Part shown: positions 55,792 to 64,000 of the stretch, piece by piece
How positions within the stretch are numbered: the stretch's first letter is position 1
Layout of the letters: every line of letters begins with the position of its first letter
Origin: Ascoidea asiatica JCM 7603
Lineage: Eukaryota; Fungi; Ascomycota
Direction: 5' to 3'
DNA: 64,000 nucleotides
Assembly: GCA_001600695.1 (NCBI GenBank)
Contig: BCKQ01000006.1
Coordinates: 487,937-551,936, forward strand
The notes under the pieces: model-generated
The model's database searches: none
What the model was told of the DNA's origin: nothing
The model's input: the letters and a program-made list of their open reading frames with translations, nothing else
Translations under genes and position numbers: made by a program

Positions 55792-58398
55792 TTAAAATTG
55801 AATACCTGTTTTTGTTTTTTTGAATTTAGCTGAAATTGGTTCTGATATACCTTCTCCAGCTGCTCCTAATCCTTCACCTTCACTCCATCCTAATTTAAGT
55901 AATAATCTTTTACCAATATTATTCCCATCAAGTGCTGGAGCATGTTGACCAACAATATCACCTTCTTTTACAACATATCCAGGCTCATTATTTTTTTCAT
56001 TTCCTTTACCAGCTTTTTTATCTCTTTTACTATTTTTGAATTTTCCATCAATTCTTGCAAAAATTCTTCTTTGACGTAAAATTTGTACAATCATATTATA
56101 ATCAGGTTTATTACGAATAGTTTTACCTGTTTTTTGACAAGTAACATGTTTACCACTTTGATGAGCTTTTAAATTATAACAAGCAGCCATTTTACTTATT
56201 GTTTTATTTCCATGAGGATCCATAGGTGGAAATTTTAATGATGATTTATTATCTTTTAAAAAATTTTCAAATAAATCTTTAATTTCTTTAATATGCCAAG
56301 TTGTTTTTTCTTCTTCTTCACCAATTGAACTAGAATGGCCTTTTTGAAGATTTCTTAATTTGATTTTTTGAGTTTTAGATTTCTTTCTAATAAGATATTG
56401 TTTCATTAATAATTCTCGTTGATTTAAATCAAGAATATGATCTAAATCAAGTTTTTTATTTTTACCTTTTCCTTTTGTTTTAATTGAACTATTGAGAATT
56501 TCAATATCATTATATGAAACTTTTTTTATTTTAGTTTTATTGAAATTCACCATTTCATTCAACCCTAAATCATCACGCATATCCTCATCTTCATCTTCAT
56601 CTTCATCTTCTAATTCACTAAGATGTATTCCATCTTGTAATATATCACCAAGTAAATCAAAACCGGTTTCAAATGAATCTTGAGATTCAAGGTCAGAATA
56701 ATCATATTTCATACTTTCACTCAATTCATCATCATCATCATCCTCAACATTGTTTTCTTCTTCGTCTTCTATTTCTTCATAATCATTCTCAAAATTTTCT
56801 TCGTCTTCAGAATCTTCGTAATCTTCAAATGTCTCAATTTTAATATCAGAATCATTTATCACATATTTATAATCTTCTTCATTGGGACCTAAAAGTTTTT
56901 CAATATAATTTAAAAAAGAATTTATTCTATGAGAAGGAGCATTTTTTTCAATCAAAAGATCAATTAGATCTTCTTCAGAATACCAGTCTAATCCTTTTAT
57001 TAAATATTGGTTTTCAAAGGAGCCATATCTTATATTCGTTATATCTAAACCAGTTAAATTGAAGTCAGCATCTTCTGGTAATGTACCGAATTCTGGTTCA
57101 ATATCTTCTTCTAAGTCTTTAGAAACTAATGATAAAGAATTAATTTTTTCTTCAATTAATTTATTTTCTTTTCCCTTAATTTCTTTGATTTCCTTTATCT
57201 CTTTAATCTCTTTAATTTCTTTGATTTCTTTGATTTCTTTAATTTCTTTGATTTCTTTAATTTCTTTGAATTCAAAAGCTCTTTCACTTCTTTCAGGTAA
57301 TTCAATTTTAGTTTTCTTTAATTTTTTTAAAAGTTGCTGATCATATAAATTTTCTTTAAAATCTTCTAAAATTTCATTTTCATTCGAATTTTGAATTTGT
57401 CTTTCATCAAAATGATTATCAATAAATTTTATATCTTTATTTATAGATTTATTTTTACCATTTTTTTTAAATTTTTTCTTGTTTGAATTATTATTGGCAC
57501 CAATTGATAAAAAAGGTGTAAATTCCAAACCTGGAGAGTCCATACTCACATTGCTTTGAAATTCATTATGATTTTGAATATGATTGTGATTGTGATTATG
57601 GTGATGGTTATTACTATAAGGATAATTTTGATTTTCATTGTTAACTTCAAAGCGAATATCTTTATCACCCTCATTATCAACAAAGAAAAGATTATTATCA
57701 ATAGTATTATCCTTTATAGACTGGTTATTGTTAGCATTAAATTCAGATTTTGACAGAGAAGTATATTTTGAAAATGATTTTTTTTTAAGATCTTCAGTTG
57801 AAGTTATAGGTATTACTCGCTGAATGTTAGTTTCAATAAATTCATTGGGTTTTAAACTATTAGTTGAATCAGATTTTGAATCCGCCTTTGAATCGGGATT
57901 AGGAATATCAAAAGATTTATCATTTGAATTTGAGTCAATGTAATTGAAGTTTTGTTGATCTTTCTTCTTTTTACTTCTACTTCTTTTATTTTTTTTGCTA
58001 CGTTTAGTAAGTTGTCCTTGTAAAATTGCATTTTTTTTCTCATTTCTTCTTTCTGTTTTAGTTTTTTTTTCCTTTCTTGGTAAATTTTCATTAGTATTCT
58101 GATTATATTGATTTGAATTATTGAAATTTTTGAATTTATTAGATTTATTGGATTTATTAGAAAAATTTGATTTATTAAAATTATCTGAATTCGATATTTG
58201 GTTGGTATCTGAATTATAGGATCTTGTTGTTGTTACATTTAATGAATTTGTTTGAATGGAAAAATTTTGTGAGTTTTCTGAGTTAACTTGTATTAAAGTC
58301 TTTTCACTTTTGACTAAAGAGGGTTGTAACTTTGAAGGATCATAGACCTCAGCACTTTTCACAAATAATATTTGATTATGAGGATTGAATTTGTACAT
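55792..58398 (-). CDS. SQS1: R3H and G-patch protein Sqs1/Pfa1 (Prp43 cofactor)
   Basis: FPPMDPHGNKTI (R3H) and C-terminal G-patch NIGKRLLLKLGWSEGEGLG...GISEPI. Divergent from ATG4, as in S. cerevisiae (YNL224C/YNL223W). Confidence 0.92.
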   Translation of the reverse strand: MYKFNPHNQILFVKSAEVYDPSKLQPSLVKSEKTLIQVNSENSQNFSIQTNSLNVTTTRSYNSDTNQISNSDNFNKSNFSNKSNKSNKFKNFNNSNQYNQNTNENLPRKEKKTKTERRNEKKNAILQGQLTKRSKKNKRSRSKKKKDQQNFNYIDSNSNDKSFDIPNPDSKADSKSDSTNSLKPNEFIETNIQRVIPITSTEDLKKKSFSKYTSLSKSEFNANNNQSIKDNTIDNNLFFVDNEGDKDIRFEVNNENQNYPYSNNHHHNHNHNHIQNHNEFQSNVSMDSPGLEFTPFLSIGANNNSNKKKFKKNGKNKSINKDIKFIDNHFDERQIQNSNENEILEDFKENLYDQQLLKKLKKTKIELPERSERAFEFKEIKEIKEIKEIKEIKEIKEIKEIKEIKEIKGKENKLIEEKINSLSLVSKDLEEDIEPEFGTLPEDADFNLTGLDITNIRYGSFENQYLIKGLDWYSEEDLIDLLIEKNAPSHRINSFLNYIEKLLGPNEEDYKYVINDSDIKIETFEDYEDSEDEENFENDYEEIEDEEENNVEDDDDDELSESMKYDYSDLESQDSFETGFDLLGDILQDGIHLSELEDEDEDEDEDMRDDLGLNEMVNFNKTKIKKVSYNDIEILNSSIKTKGKGKNKKLDLDHILDLNQRELLMKQYLIRKKSKTQKIKLRNLQKGHSSSIGEEEEKTTWHIKEIKDLFENFLKDNKSSLKFPPMDPHGNKTISKMAACYNLKAHQSGKHVTCQKTGKTIRNKPDYNMIVQILRQRRIFARIDGKFKNSKRDKKAGKGNEKNNEPGYVVKEGDIVGQHAPALDGNNIGKRLLLKLGWSEGEGLGAAGEGISEPISAKFKKTKTGIQF
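57178..57267 (-). repeat. Coding 9-bp repeat encoding (KEI)10 inside SQS1
   Basis: Ten units that differ only at synonymous positions. Confidence 0.95.
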
Positions 58399-59262
58399 TT
58401 TGTGAAAAAATTAGATATAAATAATAAATAATGAATTATTGGAATATATCTAAATGAAATGATTTTTTATGCTTTTTTTTATTTTACTTTTTCAAGTTAA
58501 ATAATGAAATTTTATCAATTTCTTTAAATAAAAAAAAGGAAAAGAATAAGTAGCCTTTCTATTCTTATTTAAGAGGACTAATTGATAAATTTTCGAGAAA
58601 AAATATTGATAGTTTTATACTAAAAATCCTAAATATAAGTTGCTGAGCTCTTAAAGGAATTTCTTAAAATCAATCAATTGATCTGAAATCAAAAACCAAA
58701 AATGGCGATTTTTCAAAATAGAAAAATCAAACGAGAGAACCACAAAGCTGGTATTTAACGGCAAAAGAAAGTAGAGCAAAAAATAGTAAAATTCAGGACA
58801 GATATAAAAAAGGCCTAGGGAGTTGGAGCCGTACGAGGAGGAAGCCTGTGTGCCGAGGGCCATTTTCTGCTTCGTGCGACACGCGAAACACCGTTCAGCG
58901 CTGCGCTGGTCCAGAGTTGGGAGTTGGAGAAGGTGAAAAGATTTTATTTATGAGCTGTGTTGGCTTGGTGCAATTTAGTAAATTGAATCTGAATTTGATG
59001 GAGTTTATTCAAATGAATCCAATTTTAATTTCAATAATTTAATTTATTTCATTTTAATTTAATTTATTCTAATTTGATTTATCTGAATTGCATTGAATTG
59101 TATTGAGTAACTTTATTAAAATGACTGATCGAATAGGATCAACTAGGAAATAATACTGAAATCACCTTATTTTACTGTTGCATACTAATTATATTTCATT
59201 TTCCTTTAATTAAGTTATTGGAAGATACAATTAAACTGTTTATCCTACTTCCGAGAATAACA

Positions 59263-61197
59263 ATGAATGATATTGACAAGACATTAGTTTTGGATAGATC
59301 TCATTCCTTTGATTTTTCAACTCCTGGTTTTTCAGAGGAACCTGTTCTTATTGACTTTAATAAGATATCTCTGTCAAAAGATAAAAGACAATCAAGTTTC
59401 AATAGCTTTTGCATGGTTCAATATCTTTCAAAATATTCAGATGATAATGTTATAGAAGATGAAGATTTACAAATTGATCGATCTCCAAAAACTGATCAAA
59501 TCTCAAAAAATCATCAAACTCATCCAGATCCTTTTTCGAAAATATTTTTCACCTATAGAACTGATTTTCCAAAAATACATAGAGATAAAAATTCTCCATC
59601 ACCAATACTTAATTTTTTATTAAGAGCTCCATTTCATTTCAATTTGGATTCAATAATTTCTTTTACAAATGATTGTGGATGGGGTTGTATGATAAGAACT
59701 TCTCAATCTTTATTAGCTAATACTTTATTAAATTTATATATTGATAAAAATTGGAAATTTAATCCTCAAACTGCTTTTAAATCACCTACAAAATTTGATC
59801 TTTTTCATAATCAAATTATCTCTTGGTTTATTGATGATCCAATAGCTCCATTTTCAATTCATAATTTTGTAAATCAAGGTAAAAATTTATCTGGAAAAAA
59901 TGCTGGCGAATGGTTTGGCCCTTCAGCAGCTTCAAGATCAATAAATTCATTATTAAATCAATTTAATCAAATTTCTTTGAAATCAATAATTTCAAATAAT
60001 GGTGATATTTTTGAAAAAAATATACTTTCTTCTCTTAAAACTCCAAAATCTATTGTAAATATTAATAATAACAATAATGATTATAATCAATCTAATCTTC
60101 ATTTTCAAAATGAAAATAATCAAAAAATTAATGATATCAATAATAATATGGACATGAAAGATAAACAGCTGAAAGAGTCACAAATTCCAAATACTAATAA
60201 TATCAAAAATAAAAAAAATATTCAGATTGAACAAGAGGTTGATTTTACATCAGAATTATATTCTGATATAGACTCCGACTATATGAATGAAACTCAAGAA
60301 TTACACTCTTTTTCAGAAATTAAAAGTCCTATAGAGGATGACACATTTGAAAATTTAGGTGATGCATTCGAAGAAAGTTTTGAAGACTCTTTTTTTTCAG
60401 GTGATGAAAGTGAAGATTTCATTAATAGTCTTGCAGAAACATTATCAAATGATAAATATGTAAAAAAACAAGATATTAAAAGTATTCATAGTACAAATAG
60501 CATTCACACTACTCATAGTAATCAAAGTAATCACAGTCTGTATAGTGTTCCTAGTATTCCAAGTTTAAGTAGTTCATATTTACAAATTGATCCTAGAGAT
60601 TTTACTCCTGAAATTCAAAATACTGACAATACTACTAATGACTTAAATGAAAATGATATTCATGAAAAAAATTCAAATAACAAGCAATCACCACTCCTAA
60701 TTTTAGTTACATTACGCTTAGGAATTGATAATGTGAATCCTATTTATTGGAATCCTCTTAAAAAATTATTATCTTTAGATCAAACCATAGGAATTGCAGG
60801 CGGTAGACCTTCTTCATCTTATTATTTTATAGATTATGATGGAGATTATTTATATTATTTAGATCCTCATTTGCCACAACCTGCTTTAAAAATTTCTGAT
60901 AACTATAATCCTGATCAGTCATCAATATCTTTTGATTACAATCAAGATTCTACAAATTTTCAATCCTTTCAAAGCATTAACTCAAGAAAAAATTATTTTG
61001 AAACTAATTCATCGCCATTATCTGAAAGTGAAATATTATCCGTACATACTGAAAATTTTCAAAAATTACATATGTCTGATTTGGATCCTTCTATGCTTCT
61101 AGGAATTCTTATTAAAGATTCCACTGACTGGCAGTCATTTAAAGAAGCAATTGCGTCTGAAACCCTTGGTAAAATCATTCATATTCATGTTGCATAA
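59263..61197 (+). CDS. ATG4: Atg8-processing cysteine protease Atg4
   Basis: First ATG at 59263. Motifs TYRTDF, DCGWGCMIRTSQSLLAN (catalytic Cys), GEWFGPS, GIAGGRPSSSYYF, YLDPH (Asp/His) and LDPSMLLG. Confidence 0.95.
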   Translation: MNDIDKTLVLDRSHSFDFSTPGFSEEPVLIDFNKISLSKDKRQSSFNSFCMVQYLSKYSDDNVIEDEDLQIDRSPKTDQISKNHQTHPDPFSKIFFTYRTDFPKIHRDKNSPSPILNFLLRAPFHFNLDSIISFTNDCGWGCMIRTSQSLLANTLLNLYIDKNWKFNPQTAFKSPTKFDLFHNQIISWFIDDPIAPFSIHNFVNQGKNLSGKNAGEWFGPSAASRSINSLLNQFNQISLKSIISNNGDIFEKNILSSLKTPKSIVNINNNNNDYNQSNLHFQNENNQKINDINNNMDMKDKQLKESQIPNTNNIKNKKNIQIEQEVDFTSELYSDIDSDYMNETQELHSFSEIKSPIEDDTFENLGDAFEESFEDSFFSGDESEDFINSLAETLSNDKYVKKQDIKSIHSTNSIHTTHSNQSNHSLYSVPSIPSLSSSYLQIDPRDFTPEIQNTDNTTNDLNENDIHEKNSNNKQSPLLILVTLRLGIDNVNPIYWNPLKKLLSLDQTIGIAGGRPSSSYYFIDYDGDYLYYLDPHLPQPALKISDNYNPDQSSISFDYNQDSTNFQSFQSINSRKNYFETNSSPLSESEILSVHTENFQKLHMSDLDPSMLLGILIKDSTDWQSFKEAIASETLGKIIHIHVA

Positions 61198-61879
61198 GCA
61201 GCTACTTCAATATCAGTTACAATTTAACAATCATTGCCGTCTACAATAGAGAAATTTATCAATAAATTTATAATGTCGTTCAATTAATATTAAATATCAT
61301 TTATAATTTCAAGGGAAGAATTATATTCTGATTCATTAATATATATTGTTTTAATTCCGAAATTTTACCTATATTTTGGTATGAATTCGGAAAAACAGTT
61401 TCGATGGATTCTGCTCCAGATCTCATTGAAATCAGAATTTTCAGTATGTGAATATGCTGCTTTCAATATTTTTAATCCCATTACTGATATGAATATAAAA
61501 TTTTAGATACATAATAACCATTTCGGCTGAATAGCATAATTTTGCAACTTTTGTTAAAATTGCTCGACAGAAATCATACAATAGGACAGCATTAGTACAT
61601 TAAATTCAAGCATAACAAATTTTTTTTAGAAAAGGCAAATTTCAATACAAATAAATAAACTTAAATAGAGTAATACATCCATTATAGCCCATGTTATAAA
61701 TAAACTTAAAGAAGTGGTGATACTAATCTTCATTTTTGATTAAATATGATTTAAAAGAAAAAAATAATTTGAAAACCTTTAAATTATTTAAAATTTATAT
61801 AATCTTCAACTTTTTATGAGTCAACAGTATTTAGTTAATTTGGTTAATTACAATTTCCCAAATTATCTCACATTTTGAA

Positions 61880-63553
61880 TTAGCCTTTCAATGACGCATG
61901 TGAGGTAGCTTTCAAATGATCGAATAGTCTATTTTTGGAAGGAAATCTTTCTTTGCAACTATTGCATTTATGTATAAAATTGGGATTAACTATAGTTTTC
62001 TTATTTTTCTTTTTCCCTTTTTTTTTGCTTGCAATTTTGTCATTAACACTTTCGTTTTCTTTATTGAAATCTTTATTTTCAGTTGTTATATCATCGGATA
62101 CATTTAAGCTATGCATAGAATCGATAATTCCATTTAAGTTTTCAGGTTTTTCAGTATCTTTATTATTCATGATACCATTTCTGGTTTCTTCACTCTCGAG
62201 ATTTTTGTCACTTTTAAAAATTTTATTTTCCTCTATTTCAAGTTTTTCATCTAATTCATCCTCAGTCAAAAAGTCGTTGAACACATTTTTTTTATTTTTT
62301 TTATTTTTTTTTTTTTTTTTTGAAGAACTTTTCAAAGGAACATCATTTTTTTCATTGCCTTTATCATCATTCTCAATTTTACTATCTATTCCTAATTCTA
62401 TACCCTCTCTTTTCATTTCCCATTGTAATTTTGAAAGTAATTTTTTGTGTTTTTTGCTTTTTTCATGTTCTTGTAATTGTTTTTCACTTTTGAAACTTTT
62501 CTCACAGATAATACACTCAAATAAGAGAATATCTTCTTCATCACTATTATCAGTATTTAAATTTTCAAATTCGTCTTTCATTATATTATTATTATTCTGA
62601 TAATGATTTTCAATCTCATTAAATTCATCCATATCATATTTTTGCCAATTTTGCAATTCAAATTCTCTTCTTTCTTGTTCTTTTTTAATTCTTTGCAAAT
62701 TTTCTAATTCAATTTGTCTTTTAAGATCTTCTTCCTCTTTTCTTTTTTTTTCAATTTCAAATAATTTTTGACCAATTTTAACTCTTGGATCTCTTTTTTT
62801 AATAAATGATACAAAATTTTTTACTGCCTCATTATATTCCTTTTTAGCCTGAGTTTTTAATTTTGTATTTTCTTTTTGAGTTGCTCTTCGAGTTCTCCTA
62901 TCCATTGATGCTGAATATCTATATCTCTCTTTCCATATAAAAGTTTTCACAGTTGAAAATGAAGACCATTTACTGTAAAATTCTCTAACGATTGTCGAAT
63001 AATCTGAATCTGAACTACCAAATTTTGGTAAATATAAATCTTGACGGTCAAAAGAATTGTCAGCTAAATCGTCTTTGTAAAACTTAAATCCATCTAATTC
63101 TTGTTTTTTACCAGCATTTACTTCATCACAAGCCAATTGTTGAAATACTTTTCCTGCAATCTGATATATACCAGCTGGAGAATCATCGTTTCTTAAGTAA
63201 AGAGAGGGATCAAAAAATCTCAATAGGTCGTTAACAGAAACTCCAGCATCTGGATGAGTATAATTGTCTTCGTTATCTTCGTCGTAATATTCATCATTAT
63301 TATAATATTCATTAGGATCAAAATCATCTCTTAGAATTTGAGACTTATTAGAATCATAAAATGCCCTTTCATTTGGATCAGATAACACTTCATAAGCTGC
63401 TTTAATTAAAGTGAATTTCTCTGTTGCAACTTCTATGTTATCTGGATTTTTGTCAGGATGATATTCTAAAGCTTTTTTTCTATATGCTTTTTTAAGTTCA
63501 CTATCAGTTGCATCCTCAGATACTTGCAATAATTGATAATAGCACTCCTTCAT
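61880..63553 (-). CDS. JJJ1: J-domain co-chaperone Jjj1 (60S biogenesis)
   Basis: J domain with HPDKN, zuotin-homology region (FIKKRDPRV) and two C2H2 fingers (CIICEK..HEKSKKH; CNSC..HLKATSH). Confidence 0.93.
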   Translation of the reverse strand: MKECYYQLLQVSEDATDSELKKAYRKKALEYHPDKNPDNIEVATEKFTLIKAAYEVLSDPNERAFYDSNKSQILRDDFDPNEYYNNDEYYDEDNEDNYTHPDAGVSVNDLLRFFDPSLYLRNDDSPAGIYQIAGKVFQQLACDEVNAGKKQELDGFKFYKDDLADNSFDRQDLYLPKFGSSDSDYSTIVREFYSKWSSFSTVKTFIWKERYRYSASMDRRTRRATQKENTKLKTQAKKEYNEAVKNFVSFIKKRDPRVKIGQKLFEIEKKRKEEEDLKRQIELENLQRIKKEQERREFELQNWQKYDMDEFNEIENHYQNNNNIMKDEFENLNTDNSDEEDILLFECIICEKSFKSEKQLQEHEKSKKHKKLLSKLQWEMKREGIELGIDSKIENDDKGNEKNDVPLKSSSKKKKKNKKNKKNVFNDFLTEDELDEKLEIEENKIFKSDKNLESEETRNGIMNNKDTEKPENLNGIIDSMHSLNVSDDITTENKDFNKENESVNDKIASKKKGKKKNKKTIVNPNFIHKCNSCKERFPSKNRLFDHLKATSHASLKG

Positions 63554-63848
63554 TACTTTATTCTAGTAAAGAAATGTAGCAGTAAAGTATATTTATGAAT
63601 GAATGAATGAATAGTAAAGTCTATATAATTTAGCTTTTTATGTTCATTTGATATATGAACTTAATCAAATATGAATATTTGATTTGAAATCAGGTTCCAA
63701 TTCACTTTATATTTTATAATTAATATTCTAAATTTGCTACTGCTTTGGAAATCAGTAACAAATTTAAAATATTTTTTAAATTTTATTTTATGTCAGCAAG
63801 CGGCATATTTCAAAATATAAAAAGTAAATTAAAATTAAAACAAAAAAA

Positions 63849-63930
63849 TGATAATGGTGAGGTTCGAACTCACGCCTCCGAAAAGACCAGGACCTTAACC
63901 TGGCGCCTTAGACCACTCGGCCACATTACC
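63849..63930 (-). tRNA. tRNA-Leu(AAG), intronless, 82 nt
   Basis: Reverse complement is GGTAATG TGGCCGAGTGGTCTAAGGCG CCAGG TTAAGGT CCTGG TCTTTTCGGAGGC GTGAG TTCGAAC CTCAC CATTATC A. It has A and B boxes, a long variable arm, discriminator A and a downstream T-run terminator. Confidence 0.96.
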
Positions 63931-64000
63931 AATGCTTTATTTAATTTACCGATGTTTTTATTTACAACACTCTAGTTTTTGAAACACGTGTGTGTTTTAT

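Noticed and set aside
61935-62600. 221-aa plus-strand ORF, and similar ORFs overlapping FKS1, SHQ1, SQS1 and the JEN genes
   Set aside because: Antisense or alternate-frame shadows of biased coding sequence, with F/S/L/I-rich low complexity and often non-ATG starts.

Overview
Very AT-rich (roughly 25% GC by eye) budding-yeast (Saccharomycotina) nuclear DNA. It is gene-sparse, no introns are evident, and many proteins carry Asn-rich low-complexity tracts. Composition and CUG usage hint at an Ascoidea-like lineage, but this is only a guess. Gene order: Zn2Cys6 transcription factor (+), FKS1 (-), SHQ1 (+), RSR1 (-), MEI5/SFR1-like (+), BOP3 (-), XBP1-like APSES factor (+), a 258-aa possibly truncated ORF (-), ORC6 (+), GRE2-like reductase (-), two tandem JEN carboxylate transporters (-), LCL3 (+), an unlisted 58-aa ORF (+), GUD1 (+), SQS1 (-), ATG4 (+), JJJ1 (-) and tRNA-Leu(AAG) (-). 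No intact transposon, rRNA or CRISPR array was seen. Best leads: (1) the 58-codon ORF at 52420-52596, below the ORF-track cutoff, which reads as a mitochondrial presequence plus a ~25-aa acidic peptide; (2) a strictly 17-bp-phased TGGTAGATCC array with variable spacers upstream of the MEI5-like gene; (3) conflicting Ser-versus-Leu signals for the CUG codon; (4) a GC-rich island with nested and long-range inverted repeats at 27.4-28.0 kb; (5) an Atg4 that lacks its C-terminal tail but has an acidic, AIM-bearing insertion in the protease domain; (6) an orphan promoter-like island between two convergent genes; (7) tandem JEN genes with different promoter motif sets. All identifications come from motif recognition by eye; no searches were run.
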